Source: Prorocentrum cordatum
Taxonomy: Eukaryota
Length of the DNA stretch: 54,778 nt
Direction of reading: 5' to 3'
Assembly (NCBI GenBank): GCA_963575745.1
Contig: CAUYUJ010000211.1
Span: 62,001-116,778 of the forward strand
Positions 1 through 14,025 of the stretch are shown here, piece after piece (position 1 is the first letter of the stretch; each line of letters begins with the position of its first letter). A program made the position numbers and the translations under genes. Under the pieces are notes generated by a model. That model was not told the origin of the DNA. It searched no databases and saw only the letters and a list, made by a program, of their open reading frames with translations.

Positions 1-24
1 GCGCGCTGTACGGAGCCGCTGGCG
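1..24 (+). CDS. Probable upstream exon (3' part) of NiCoT/UreH-like transporter gene: ...ALYGAAG(G)
   Basis: The frame from nt 3 reads A-L-Y-G-A-A-G-g, then a G|GC donor at 25-26. The phase-1 end joins the phase-1 start of exon 5314 to give GAAGGLLH (GxxxG-x-LH spacing before the HxxxxDH motif). Short and cut by the window edge. Confidence 0.55.
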
Positions 25-89
25 GCGGCAGCGGCGGCGACCCCCCCCCCTTTTGTGGTGAGCCATGCTTCCGCTGTGTAGATACCTCT

Positions 90-875
90 GTATGCGTACG
101 TACATGCATGCATGCAGGCGTGCGTGCACATGTACATACACACATGCAAGCATACATCTAGGAATACAAGCATGCACCCATGCATGCATGCAAACGTACA
201 CAGACACACAGACACATACAGCCATACATACCTACATGCATGCATGTATGCATGCGTACATACATACACTCATACATACGTGCATGCATGCATCCATATA
301 TACATACAGCCATACATACATACATACACACATACACGCACACACTCATACAAGCATGCACATTTACACACACCCATCCATCCGCTCATCCATGCAAGCA
401 TACATCCACACAGACATACACACATACACATACACACAGGCACACATACATACATGCATACATACATACATACGTAGATACATGCATTCATCCATCCATG
501 CATGCATGCGTGCATGCGCACATACTCGAATACACGTTTATACTTGTACATACGTACAAACATACATACATCCACAATACATACATACACTCATACACAC
601 ATACGCACATACACCTACATAACTCGTCATACATGCATACGAGCATACAGGTCTTCACACATGCATTGACACATACGCCTACACAATTACACACATACAT
701 ACACACACCCATCCATCCATACATACTTACGCATACAAACACACACAACCACACACATCCGTACATACACACATGCATACGCACATCAATACATACACAC
801 ACACATACATACATATAATCGTACACACGTACACACATACATGCATGCATGCATACATACATATATACATACACG
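90..875 (+). repeat. Degenerate (CATA)n/(CA)n/(CATG)n microsatellite
   Basis: Directly visible. Confidence 0.95.
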
Positions 876-1009
876 CATTCCGCTAGGATCACCCGACGGG
901 GGATAGGGAGGTCGGGGGGGGGGGAATGGGGAGGTGGTCGACATGCGATGACTCCCACCTAGCGCCACCAAATAATGCGAGGGCAAACATAAACCCCCTA
1001 CTTCCGCTT

Positions 1010-1055
1010 GCTTCTATCTCACAACCCATCCATCTTTACATGTTTCTATCTATCC

Positions 1056-1094
<39 letters not shown>

Positions 1095-1405
1095 CTCGAT
1101 CGAGTCGACACAACAATCAGTCTATCTATCCATCTACCAACAATCTATCTATCTATCTACCGAGTCGATCCATCAACCAGTCCTATCTATCTACCTACCT
1201 ATCGGGACAACAACTTTCCGCACATATCCCCCAACATCCGATCTATGTATCTAGATATTTGCCTATCTGTCTATATGTACCTATCCACCTGCCTATATCT
1301 ATCTATATATGCTCCATCGGTATACCTATCTTTGTATCTACCTGCCTCTCTACATATTTAGGTATCTATATATACACATATATTTCTCGATCTATCTATA
1401 TATCT
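1010..1405 (+). repeat. Degenerate (TATC)n with a poly-T run at 1060-1092
   Basis: Directly visible. Confidence 0.9.
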
Positions 1406-1859
1406 GGTGGTGTCGGTGATGATGGTGAGTGGTGGTGGTGGTGATGGCGGTGATGGTGCTGGTGATGGCGTGATGGTGTGGTGGTGGTGGCCATGTGACA
1501 TGATTGTTTTTTTGGTACAGGCTGGTGCACGATATGCCAGCGTCACTTGGTGGCGCGCCCACTTCTATGCCGAACGGCCTCGCACTCGAGAAAAAACACA
1601 ACTGTTGCAATCCCACTCCCGCGGCTAACCCTCACGACCCGCTACCCGCTGTCAGAGCCTGGCGACGTAGGGAGGCTACGTGGGGCTGCCGCGGCGGTGC
1701 AGACGCGCATGCTTTAATGGCTTCGCACTCAAGACGAAAGTAAACTACTGCTGCAATCCATGGCACTTGCCACCGTTCTATCTATGTATCTCTCTATCGG
1801 TCCATGGATCTATCTATCTACCTATCTCTCGGACTATCTACCTATCTATCGCCCACTCT

Positions 1860-3625
1860 ATCGGGTCAACCGTCGGAACAACCATCGGGACAACCGTCGG
1901 GACAACCATCGGGACAATCATCGGGACAACCATCGGGACAACCATCGGGACAGCCATCGGGACAACCATCGGGCCAACCATCGGGACAACCATCGGGACA
2001 CCCATCGGGACAACCTTCGGGACAACCATCGGACAACCATCGGGCAACCATCGGGACAACCATCGGACAACCATCGGGAAAACCATCGGGGCAACCATCG
2101 GAGCAACCATCGAGACAACCATCGGGACAACCATCGGGACAACCATCAAGACAACCATCGGGACAACCATCGGGACAACCATGGGGGCAAGCATCGGGGC
2201 AACCATCGGGGCAACCATCGGGACAACCATCCGGACAACCATCGTGACACCCATCGGGACAACCATCGGGACAACCATCGGGACAACCGTCGGAACAACC
2301 ATCGGAACAACCGTCGGGATAACCATTGGGACAACCATCGGGACAACCGTCGGGACGCCCATCGGGGGAGGCATCGGGGCACCCATCGGGACAACCATGG
2401 GGACAACAATCAGGACAACCATCGGGACAACCATCGGGACAACCATCTGGACAACCGCGGGACAACCGCGGGACAACCACGGCACACGCGCCCGCCCGAG
2501 GGGGGGTGGCGGCCCTTTGGGCTCCATGTGGCTTCCACCAGTGCTGGAACTCGCGCAGCTTCGCGATTGGGGTCGCTTCCCGGTTGGGGCCACTTCCGAT
2601 TTCCTGGTTGGGGTCACTTCCGTTCGCACCCCCCAACTTCCGATCTATCAAATTGTCTATCTGCCACTGAGTATCCACCTATCTTGGACAACCTTCAGGA
2701 CACCCATCAGGAAACCCATCGGGACAACCATCGGGACAATCATCGGGACAACCGTCGGGACAACCATCGGGACAACCATCGGGACAACCATCGGGACAAC
2801 CATCGTGACACCCATCAGGAAACCCATCGGGACAACCATCGGGACAAACATCGGGACAACCGTCGGGACAACCATCGGGACAACCATCGGGACACCCATC
2901 GGGACAACCATCGGGACAACCATCGGGACAACCGTCGGAACAACAATCGGAACAACCGTCGGGATAGCCATTGGGACAACCGTCGGGACAACCGTCGGGA
3001 CAACCATCGGGACAACCATCGGGACAACACCGTCGGAACAACACTATCGGGACAACCATCGGGGCAACCATCGGAACAACCATCGGGACAGCCATCGGGA
3101 CAACCATCGGGCCAACCATCGGGACAACCATCGGGACAACCATCGTGGCAACCATACGGACAACCATCGGGACAACCATCGGACAATCATCGGGACAACC
3201 CGCGGGACAACCATCGGGACAACCATCGAGTCAACATTCGTGACAACCATCGGGACACCCATCGGGACAACTATCAGGACAACCATCGGGACAACCATCG
3301 GGACAACTATCTGGACAACCATCGGGACAACCATCGGGACAACCATCGAGTCAATCATCGGGACAACCATCGGGACAACCATCGGGGCAGCCATCGGGAC
3401 ACCCATCGGGACACCCATCGGGACAGCCATCGGGACAACCATCAGGACAACCATCGGGACAACCACCAGGACACCCATCGGGACACCCATCGGGACAACC
3501 ATCGGGACAACCTTCGCGATACCCATCGGGACAACAATCGGGACAACCATCGGGAAAACCATCGGGACATTCATCGGGACAACCATCGGGACAACCATCA
3601 AGACAACCCGCGGGACAACCATCGG
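1860..3625 (+). repeat. 12-bp minisatellite (GGGACAACCATC)n in two arrays (1860-2480, 2685-3625), each followed by a related GC-rich module
   Basis: Over 100 units visible. The modules at ~2500-2645 and ~3630-3795 share TCCATGTGGC and CGATTTCCTGGTTGGGG. Confidence 0.95.
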
Positions 3626-3789
3626 GGGCGGCGGCCAGCCGGGGGGGGGCGGGGGGGGGCGGGTGATCTTTTTCAGTTCCATGTGGCCTCTACAACTTCA
3701 GGAGCCCGTGCGGCTTCGCCTCGCCCGCACGCACGACACGAACCGAAACCGATTTCCTGGTTGGGGCCATTTACTCCCCCCAACCTCCG

Positions 3790-4285
3790 ACATGCATACC
3801 CACTCACATACATACATACATACATACATACATACATACATACACACATACATACATACATACATACAAACATACATACATACATACATACATACACACA
3901 TACATACATACATACATACATACACACACATACATACGTACGTACGTACGTACGTACGTACGTACATACATACATACATACATACACACATACACACATA
4001 CACACATACATGCATACATACACACATATACACATACACATACACACATACACACATACATACACATACACATACATACAAACATACATACATGCATTCA
4101 TTCATACATGCACACATACATACATACAAACATAAATACATACATACATACATACAGACAGACCGACAGGCAGACCTATAGACAGACATACATGCTTGAA
4201 GGCATGCGTCTGCACGTGCAGACATACACACAAACGTCCACACATGCATACATACACACATACATACATCTATCTACATACATAC
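3790..4285 (+). repeat. (CATA)n microsatellite with a (CGTA)n patch
   Basis: Directly visible. Confidence 0.95.
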
Positions 4286-4289
4286 ACTG

Positions 4290-6105
4290 CCGATGCTACT
4301 GCTTAGGGTGACTACGACACCTACGATGATGATGCCGATGACGATGATGATGCTGCTGGTGATGATGGTGAAGGTTGTGATTATGGTGATGGTGATGCTC
4401 ACGATGATGAGCTGCCAGTTATTGTCGCTACTGATGAAACGAGTGATTGCGATGGCGATACTGGCGATGATGGCGATGCTTGCGATGAAGGCGATGCTTC
4501 GGTGATGCTTGTGGTGCTGAATCTGATCATGATGATGGTGATAAGGATGATGGTGGTGGGGATGATGATGATGATGATGTGGATGTTGATGGAGAGGCTC
4601 ATCGCCATGAAAGCGCACGATCATGATCATGACTACCATTGGTGGTGATGCTCCTGGCGAGGATGCTGCTGTGGAGGCTGAGGTTGAAGTATATGGTTAC
4701 GCGGGGATGTGGAGGATGAGAGGAGGAGGATGAGGAGAACCCTGCAGCACCTGCAAAACCGATCTCGCACGCCCCCCGCGTCTCTTAAGTGGTTGCGTGG
4801 ATCCCGATGGTCGCGAAGGTGGCCAGCGGGGAGTCGCTGTCTTGCTCTGCCATTCGCCCGTCTTCTTGCTCCTTCTCGCCCTCCTCTTCTCGGCGACGCT
4901 GGTTCCTCCTGCTCCTCCTGTTCATGCCCCACCTCCTTGTCGCTTTCCTCCTCCTTCGCCTCCCTTTCTCCTCCACCCCTTCCCCTCCTTCTCCTCATCT
5001 TCCTTATCCTCCACCTCCTCTTCCTCGTCCGCCTCCTCCTCCGCCTCCGCCTCCTCCTCCTCCTCCTCCTCCTCCTCCCGCTTCTGGTCCTCCTCCTGCT
5101 CTTCCCCTCCCCTGCGCCTCCTTCTCCTCCTCCTCCTCCCCATCCTCCTCCTCGAACTTGTCGGAACACGCTCGGACCAGACGATCGGGGCGGATCCAGC
5201 CCTGGTGGCGAGGGCCCTTTCCCCCCAAGTTCGAATGGGATTCCCCCGTCCTTGTCCTGTTCGTACCCCTGCTGCTGCTCCTCCCCCTCTTCCTTCTCCC
5301 ATCCCTTCTCCAGGACTGTTGCATGTCCTTGGCCCTGACCACATCGGGACCCTGATCACCCTCAGGCGAGCAGCCCGAGTTCGAGGGTGATACTGGCGAG
5401 GGGAAGGGCGAGGTGGAGGAGGAGGAGGAGGAGGAGGAGGAGGAGGAGGAGGAGGAGGAGGAGGAGGAGGGGGAGAAGGAGAAACAGGCAGGAGGATGCG
5501 GTAGGGGGTGTGGGTGGGGGGAGGGGAGCGAACGGGGTAGGGGGGAGGGTTATATGAGGAGGAGGAGGAGGAGAAGGAGGAGGAGGAGGGGGAGGAGCTT
5601 GAGGAGGAGGAGGAGGAGGGATGGGATCATATCCCCGATTCCTGGACGCCCCCTCTTCCCGAAAGTATGGTTATGGTAGTGCTGGTGATGCTGGTGCTGA
5701 TGATGATGATGCTGCTGATGATGAGGATGATGATGATGTTTATGCTGCTGCGACTGATTATGATGCTGCTGCTGATGAGGATGATGATGATGGTGATGAC
5801 GATGCTGATGTTGCTGCTGATGCTGATGATGTTTATGCTGCTACTACTGATTATGATGCTGCTGATGACGATGATAATGATGCTGATGCTGATGATGATG
5901 ACGCTGATGATGATGAAGCTGATGATAATACTAATGACGACGACGACCACGACGACGATGCCGATGGTGATGATGCTGTTGCTGCTGATAATGATGGTGA
6001 CGGTGGTGGTGATGACGAGGCTGTTGCTGCTGGTGTTGTTGTTCTTGTTGCTGATGTGGTTGCTCTTATTGTTGTTGTAACTGTTGATATTTTGCTGTTG
6101 TTGTT

Positions 6106-6136
<31 letters not shown>

Positions 6137-6247
6137 TTGCTGTTGTTGTTGTTGTTGTTGTGGTTGTTGTTGTTCTTGTTCTGGTTCTTGTTGTTGTTGT
6201 TCTTCTTGTTGTTGTTGTTGGTCTTGTTATTGTTATTATTGTCGTCG

Positions 6248-6286
<39 letters not shown>

Positions 6287-6295
6287 TTGTTGTGG
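4290..6295 (+). repeat. Compound trinucleotide tracts (GAT)n, (CCT)n, (GAG)n, (GAT)n, (GTT)n around the 5314 exon
   Basis: Directly visible. Confidence 0.9.
5314..5365 (+). CDS. Exon of NiCoT/UreH-like Ni/Co transporter: (G)LLHVLGPDHIGTLITL(S)
   Basis: Pyrimidine tract plus CAG|G acceptor at 5311-5314 and AG|GC donor at 5364-5367. Encodes the HxxxxDH signature (HVLGPDH) of NiCoT/UreH-type transporters. Phases match the flanking exons. Confidence 0.85.
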
Positions 6296-6744
6296 AGTTC
6301 CCACTATTGACGATTAATTATCGTTGACCCCCTCCGGTGACCATTGTGTTTTTTAATTGAAGTGCATCCTCCGGGACTCGCACCTTGTTTTTAACAGGGA
6401 AGGTCACGGGGCTCAAACTGGGTTGTTGGCCCCGGATTGCAACAACAACGGCTCCTGCCTGAGACTTCCTCACAATTTAACCAGGACCCCCGCTCCCGCC
6501 TGAGACTTCCTCGCACTTTACTCAGGAATCGCGCTATCGCTTGGGAGTGCTCACAATTTATTCCAGAATCGCTTTCTCGGTTTCTGGAGTAGCGCTCACG
6601 CTGGAGACTTGCAATTTACTCCAGAATCGCACTCTTGCGTTGGAATTCCCGCAATTTACTCAAGCGCCGCGCTCCCGACACTCAGGCACCCAGGAGTCGC
6701 GCTCACGCTTATGATTCCCTCACATCTTATTGAGGAGTCGGGAT

Positions 6745-7815
6745 CTCGCTGCCCTTCGTGGCCCCGTTGCAGCCCTTCGTGGCCCCCTCGCTGTCCTGCG
6801 TGGCCCCGTTGCAGCCCTTCGTGGCGCCCTCGCTGGCCTTCGTGGCCCCGTTGCTGCCCTTCGTGGCCCTCTCCCTGCCCTTCGTGGCCCCGTTGCAGCC
6901 CTTCGTGGCCCCGTTGCAGCCCTTCGTGTCCCCGTTGCAGCCCGTCGTGGCCCCGTTGCAGCCCTTCGTGGCCCCCTCGCTGCCGTTCGTGGCCCCGTTG
7001 CACCCTCGCGGTGCCCCCTCGCTGCCCTTCGGGGCCCCGTTGCAGCCCTTCGTTGCCCCCTCTCTGCCCTTCGTGGCCCCGTTGCACCCCTTCGTGGCCC
7101 CCTCGCTGCCCTTTGTGGCGCCCTCGCTGGCCTTCGTGGCCCCGTTGCAGCCCTTCGTGGCCCCCTCGCTGCCCTTTGTGGACCTGTTGCAGCCCTTCGT
7201 GGCCCCCTCGCTGCCGTTCGTGGCCCCGTTGCACGCTTGCGCGGCCCCCTCGCTGCCCTTCGGGGCCCCGTTGCAGCCCTTCGTGTCCCCGTTGCAGCCC
7301 GTCGTGGCCCCGTTGCAGCCCTTCGTGGCCCGCTCGCTGCCCTTCTCGGCCCCGTTGCAGCCCTTCGTGGCCCCCTCGGAGCCCTTCGTGGCCCCATGTA
7401 TGTACGCCCTTCGTGGCCTCCGCTCGGTCGCGCCCGTCGCGACCCCATATGCATGCGCTTTGTGGCCCCGCTGTCGCTCGCTGCCCTTCGTGGCCCCGTC
7501 GCTGCCCTCAGAGGCCCCCTCGCTGCCCTCTGCGGCCCAATATACGTAAGCCCGCTGTGGCCCCCGCTGGTTCGCGCCTGTCGTGGCCCCATATGCATGC
7601 CCTTCGTGGCCCCGCTGTCGCCCTTCGAAGCCCCTTCGCTGTCCTACGTTGCCCCGTTGCTATCCTCAGTGGCCCGGTCGTTGCCCTGTGGCCCCGCATT
7701 ATCTGCCCTTCGTGGCCCCCGCTTGTTCACGTCCTTCGTGGCCCCATACGCATGCCCTTCGTGGCCCCGCTGTCGCCCTTCGTGGCCCCCTTATTGCCCT
7801 TCGTGGCCCCGCTGT
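6745..7815 (+). repeat. 21-bp minisatellite GCCCTTCGTGGCCCC + variable hexamer (GTTGCA/CTCGCT)
   Basis: Dozens of tandem units. A shorter related array lies at ~10650-10890. Confidence 0.95.
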
Positions 7816-7866
7816 CGCTCTCGCTCTCGCTCTCGCTCTCGCTTTCGCTCGTCGTCGTCGTCGCCG

Positions 7867-7940
<74 letters not shown>

Positions 7941-8280
7941 ATCGTCGTCGTGGTCGGTCCCCTGTCCGTCTCTCTTGGGGTCGGGTTGCCGCCGATCAGC
8001 GCTGCAGCTGGCCAGGCCGACGGTCCGCGGCCGCCCCGCCGCTTGCCTGGGCCCAGCCTGCAGGGAAGAAAATGTATACCTCCCAAATGGGTACGATTGA
8101 AGACGAAGAGGGCGGGTATCGAGGGTTTGGGAAATACGCGTCGAATGACACTCGATCAGATAAGAGCGAGCAGTCTTAAACTGATTGTTGTTGTTGTTGC
8201 CCTTCGTGGCCCCGCTGTCGCTCTCGCTGTCGCTCTCGCTCCCGCTTTCGCTTGTCGTCGTCGTCGTCGTCGCCGCCGCA

Positions 8281-8316
<36 letters not shown>

Positions 8317-8935
8317 ATCGTCGTCGTGGTCGGTCCCCTGTCCGTCCCTCTTTGGGTCGGGTTGCCACCGATCAGCGCTGCAGCTGGCCAGGCCGACGGT
8401 CCGCGGCCGCCCCGCCGCTTGCCTGGGCCCAGCCTGCAGGGAAGAAAATGCATACCTCCCAAATGGGTACGATTGCAGACGAAGAGGGCGGGTATCGAGG
8501 GTTTGGGAAATACGCGTCGAATGACACTCGAGCAGATAAGAGCGAGCAGTCTTAAACTGATTGTTGTTGTTGTTGTTGCCCTTCGTGGCCCCGCTGTCGC
8601 TCTCGCTCTCGCTCTCGCTCTCGCTTTCGCTTGTCGTCGTCGTCGTCGTCGCCGCCGCAGTCGTCGTCGTCGTCGTCGTCGTCGCCGTCATCGTCGTCGT
8701 GGTCGGTCCCCTGTCCGTCCCTCTTTGGGTCGGGTTGCCGCCGATCAGCGCTGCTGCTGGCCAGGCCGACGGTCCGCGGCCGCCCCGCCGCTTGCCTGGG
8801 CCCAGCCTGCAGGGAAGAAATATATACCTCCCAAATGTTTACGATGGAAGACGAAGAGGGCGATGATCGAGGGTTCGGGAAATACGCGTTGAATGACACT
8901 CGAGCAGATAAGAGCGAGCAGTCTTAAACTGATGG
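7795..8935 (+). repeat. Three tandem ~375-400-bp units: (CTCGCT)n + (GTC)n + conserved ~225-bp tail + (GTT)n
   Basis: The tail GGTCGGTCCCCTGTCCG...GAGCGAGCAGTCTTAAACTGAT ends at ~8185, ~8561 and ~8933. A fourth, diverged copy lies at ~10990-11240. Confidence 0.95.
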
Positions 8936-8969
8936 TTGTTGTTGTGGTGATTGTTGTTGTTGTTGTTGT

Positions 8970-9001
<32 letters not shown>

Positions 9002-9066
9002 CTGTTGCTGCTGTTGCTGTTGTTGCTGTTGCTGTTGCTGTTGCTGTTGTTGTTGTTGTTGTTGTT

Positions 9067-10184
9067 GAACATTATTTATTCTAAAGAATAATTATTGTTG
9101 GGCCCCCTGGTGCGCGCCCCCCCTGCGCCGCCTAGGCCGCAGCTACATTTTCATCATTTTCGTGAGGAAGCCTCAGAAAAGAGGGTGTGTACAGGATCCG
9201 GTTGTTTTGTTGTAATCCGCTTTCCCTTGCAAAAAACAATAGAAAATGACATTTCTTGTTCTAATATAATCAAATTTCAAGAATCCCTTGCAAAAAATAA
9301 GGTAAAGTGGACATTCGCGCGCGCAAGACGAAATCCTTCCAAAACCTTAGTGTTCGCAGCGATTTTAACATAAAAACATCAAAAAACCAATGGTTTTTCA
9401 ACAAAAAAATTGTCAAAATCTCATCCCGCGCGCTCTTGCGGATTCGTAGGAAACCCAACACTTTTTAAACATTTCTGTCAAACGGGCTTTTGCGAGCAAC
9501 TTTTTCGAACTTCTGCGACAACGGTTGCGCACCTGCCAGGGCCATCATCCCTGTCAAATAATACCATGCGGGACACATTCGTTTTTTCTTCGCGCGCGCA
9601 CGCCGAAATCTCCAAAAACCATTGGGCTTCTTAAGAATTTTAGCACCGCGCATCATAAAATCACACGAATCGCACCGTAGGTCCTCGAAAAACACCTGCA
9701 CGACTTTTCAAAATTTCTACCCGCGCGCGCTGTCCGAATCCTAAAAAAACCAATGGTTTTCCAACATTTATGTTACATGAGCTCGCGCGAGCTACTTTCG
9801 CACGCTCTTGCAACGGGGTTCGCGCGCCTGCCAGGGGCCACAATCCCTTGCGGTTGCGCCATAGGTTGCGCCCTCGGCCGCCGAGAATAAAACGTCCCCC
9901 TATTGGTTGCGCCATAGGTTGCGCCCTCGGCCGCCGAGAATAAAACGTCCCCCTACTTCTGTGGGTGTGTACTCCACGCCAGTGTAGTAGCCACGGTCGT
10001 CCGCAGGCCACGAAGTGAAGTGTCCGAACGTCATAGGGCGGGAAGCTGGGTGTGGGTGGTGGCGAAGAGTCGTGTGGATATTTGGTAGAGCTTGCACTGC
10101 CCCCCCACAAAGTGGGGGTATTGGCTGGCGTCGCATGAAAACCCTGGCACTGGTGAGAACACTGAGCGTTCGGGTAAAGTGATT
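9067..10184. mobile_element. ~1.1-kb non-coding interspersed element, copy 1, flanked by (GTT)n
   Basis: Nearly identical to 12223-13277 except for one swapped internal segment. Contains palindromic AAAAACCAATGGTTTT sub-repeats. No credible ORF. Confidence 0.75.
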
Positions 10185-10186
10185 GG

Positions 10187-10232
<46 letters not shown>

Positions 10233-10917
10233 GATTTCTCATTTTTGAAGAATAATTATGGTTGATCCCCCCACCGGTGCATTTTGTTTTTTCTCAATCA
10301 AAGTGTGCCCCTCGACGCTCGCACCCCATCTTTTGACAGGGAAGGTCTTCCTGCTCGAACTGGGCCCCTGGCCCCCCAGTTACAACAACAACGGCTTCCG
10401 CTTGAGACTTCCTTACAATTTAGCCAGGACCCCCGCTCCCGCCCGAGACGTCCTCGCATTTTATTGAGGAATCGCGCTCTCGCTGGGGACTTCCTTACAA
10501 TGTACAAAAGGAATCGCTTTCCTGGCGCTCTGGAGTCGCGCTCTCGCTGGAGACTTGCTTGCAACTTGCTGAAGAATGGCCTTGCGTTGGAATTTCTTGC
10601 AATTTGCCTAAGCGCCGCGCTCCCGACACCCCGGCACCCAGGAGTCGCGCCCGTTGTGGCCCCATGTGCAGGCCCTTCGTGGCCCCGCTGTCGCCATGTG
10701 TGTCCCCTTCGCTGTCCTACATGGCCCAGTTGCTACCCCCAGTGGCCCCAATAGTTGCCTTCTGTGGCCCCGCATTATCTGCACTTCGTGGCCCCCGCTC
10801 GTTCGCGCTCTTCGTGGCCCCATACGCATTCCCTTCGTGTCCCCGCTGTCGCCCTTCGTGGCCTACGTCGTGCTCTTCGTGGCCCTGCTGTCGTTCTCTC
10901 TCGCTCTCGGTTTCGCT

Positions 10918-10957
<40 letters not shown>

Positions 10958-11260
10958 TTCGACGTCGTCGTCGTCGTCGTCGTCGTCGTGGTCGGTCCCC
11001 TGTCCGTCCCTCTCGGGGTCGGGTCGACGGTCCGCGGACGCCCCGCCGATCAGCGCTGCCGCTGGCCAGGCCGACGGTCCGCGGCCGCCCCGCCGCTTGC
11101 TGGGGCCCGGCCTGCAGGGAAGAAAGGTATACCCCCCAAAAGGGGTTCGATCGAAGACGAAGAGGGCGGGTATCGAAGGTTTGGGAAATACGCATTATTG
11201 GACACTCGAGCATATAAGGGCGAACAGTATTAAACTTATTATTGTTGTGTTGTTGTTGTT

Positions 11261-11391
<131 letters not shown>

Positions 11392-11479
11392 GTGTTCATT
11401 GTTAGCTAATTAGTAATGTTGATATCCAGAAGCAGTTCCGCGAGCTCTCGCCTCGACGCTGGCTGCAACTCCTCTGAAA

Positions 11480-13274
11480 ACGAGGCTCCCGCTTGAGCGA
11501 TGTCTTGATTGTAAATGTGTGCCCTTGGAGGCCCGGCTACGACGACAACGGCTCCCGCTGCATACTTCCTCACAATGTACCCCGAAACACCCTAGCCACA
11601 GAGGCCCCCGAATTAAGGAACGGCGCTCTCGCTCGAGACTTCCTCGCAATTCGGTCAAGTTGGCGAAGGCCCAGCCACGACGACAAGGGCTCCTGCTCGA
11701 TACCTCCTCACGATTTATTCAGAGAGCCCGTGGCCACAGAGGCCCCCGCACTCAGGAACGGCGCTCTCGCTCGAGATCTTGTCGCCAACTACGACGAAAA
11801 GGGCTCTCGTTCGGCATTTCCTCGAGATGTATTCGCAGAGGCCGTTGCCAGAGAGGCCTCCGAACTCCAGAGTGGCGCTCTCGTTCGAGACTTCTTCGTA
11901 ATTCCAGCAAGGTGGTGGAGGCCCAGACGCGGCGACAAGGGCTCGCGTTCGATTTTTCTCAATTTGTATTCCGAGAGCCCCTGGCCTGGCCAGAGAGGCC
12001 CCCGAACTCAGGAACGGCGCTCTCGCTCGAGGGTTCTTCGCACTTCAGTCAGGGGCCGACAAGGACGATATTCCCCCCCGAAAGTGGGTGCGATCGAAGA
12101 AAAAGTGGGCAGGTATCGTGGGTTGGGGTAAACAGAATGCAAGAATTATTGCTGTTGTTGCTGCTGCTGCTGTTGTTTGTTGTTGTTGTTGTTGTTGGTT
12201 GTTGTTGTTGGTTGTTGTTGTTGAACATTATTAATTCTAAAGAATAATTATTGTTGGGACCCCTGGTGCACGGCCCCCCTGCGCCGCCTAGGCCGCAGCT
12301 ACATTTTCATCATTTTCGTGAGGAAGCCTCAGGTAATTCGATGTGATCAAGATCCGGTTGTTTTGTTCCCCCCCGCTTTCCCTTGCAAAAAACACTATAA
12401 AATGACATTTCTTGTTCTAATATAATCAAATTTCAAGAATCCCTTGCAAAAAATAAGGTAAAGTGGACATTCGCGCGCGCAAGACGAAATCCTTCCAAAA
12501 GCTTAGTGTTCGGAGCGATTTTAACATAAAAACATCAAAAAACCAATGGTTTTTCAACAAAAAAATGTCAAAATCTCATCCCGCGCGCTCTTGCGGATTC
12601 GTAGGAAAACCAACACTTTTTAAACATTTCTGTCAAACGGGCTTTTGCGAGCAACTTTTTCGAACTTCTGCGACAACGGTTGCGCACCTGCCAGGGCCAT
12701 CATCCCTGTCAAATAATACCATGCGGGACACATTCGTTTTTTCTTCGCGCGCGCACGCCGAAATCTCCAAAAACCATTGGGTTCTTAAGAATTTTAGCAC
12801 CGCGCATCATAAAATCACACGAATCGCACCGTAGGTCCTCGAAAAACACCTGCACGACTTTTCAATTTCCACCCGCGCGCCGTCGCGAATCCTAAAAAAA
12901 CCAATGGTTTTCCAACATTTATGTTACATGAGCTCGCGCGAGCTACTTTCGCACGCTCTTGCAACGGGTGTGGGTTCACAAGTTGTTAAGCCTTGTGGGT
13001 TCACAAGGCTTAACAACTTCTGTGGGTGTACGAACGTAGGCTTAACAACTTCTGTGGGTGTGTACTCCACGCCAGTGTAGTAGCCACGGTCGTCCGCAGG
13101 CCACGAAGTGAAGTGTCCGAACGTCATAGGGCGGGAAGCTGGGTGTGGGTGGTGGCGAAGAGTCGTGTGGATATTTGGTAGAGCTTGCACTGCCCCCCCA
13201 CAAAGTGGGGGTATTGGCTGGCGTCGCATGAAAACCCTGGCACTGGTGAGAACACTGAGCGTTCGGGTAAAGTG

Positions 13275-13305
<31 letters not shown>

Positions 13306-14025
13306 AGGCTCCCTCTTGGGCGCGTTCTTGATTGTAAATGTGTGCCCTTGGAGGCCCGGCTAGGACGACAACGGCTCCCGCCGGATACTTCCTCACAATC
13401 TACCCCGAAACACCCTAGCCACAGAGGCTCCCGAACGAAGAAACGGCGCTCTCGCTCGAGACTTCCTCGCAATTCGGTCAAGTTGGCGAAGGCCAAGCCA
13501 CGACGACAAGGGCTCCTGCTCGATACCTCCTCACGATTTATTCAGAGAGCCCCTGGCCACAGAGGCCCCCGAACTTAGGAACGGCGCTCTCGCTCGAGAT
13601 TATCTCGTGATTCAGTCAAATTGTTGGAGGTCCAACTACGGCGAAAGGGCTCTCGTTCGGTATTTCCTCAAGATGTATTCCCAGAGGCCGTTGCCAGAGA
13701 GGCCCCGAACTCGAGAATGGCGCACCCACTCGAGACTCTCTTCTCGTAATTCCGGCAAGTTGGTGGAGGCCCAGACACGGCGACATGGGTTCCCGTTCGA
13801 TATTTTTCAATGTGTATTCCGAGAGGTCCTGGCCAGAGAGGCCCCCGAACTCAGGAACGGCACTCTCTCTCGAGAGGTCTTCGCACTTCAGTCAGGGGCC
13901 GACCAGGACGATATTCCCCCCGAAAGGGGGTGCGATCGAAGACAAAGTGGGCAGGTATTGTGGGTTGGGGTATACAGAATGCAAGACACGCGTGCCAGTG
14001 AGACTGAACAGTCCTACAATGATTG
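11480..14025 (+). repeat. Two copies (11480-12145, 13305-14025) of a ~0.7-kb element built of ~120-bp sub-repeats (CAGAGGCCCCCGAACTCAGGAACGGCGCTCTCGCTCGAGA core)
   Basis: The copies align from GAGGCTCCC..TCTTGATTGTAAATGTGTGCCCTTGGAGG to ..CAGAATGCAAGA. Both end in (GTT)n. Confidence 0.85.
12223..13277. mobile_element. ~1.05-kb non-coding interspersed element, copy 2, flanked by (GTT)n
   Basis: Same termini as copy 1 (GAACATTAT..ATTCTAAAGAATAATTATTGTTG ... GTTCGGGTAAAGTGATT). Confidence 0.75.

Noticed and set aside
1060..1092. Poly-T run as a retrocopy tail or terminator
   Set aside because: Embedded in (TATC)n with no adjacent element body, hairpin or TSD.
1680..4181. 833-aa and 791-aa ORFs (GTTI / RDNH repeats)
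   Set aside because: Translations of a stop-free 12-bp minisatellite plus (CATA)n. Open in several frames on both strands.
6609..8555. 648-aa ORF and CRISPR-like look of the constant 15-mer + variable 6-mer array
   Set aside because: A 21-bp tandem minisatellite. The 'spacers' are 6 nt and recurrent, and there are no cas genes.
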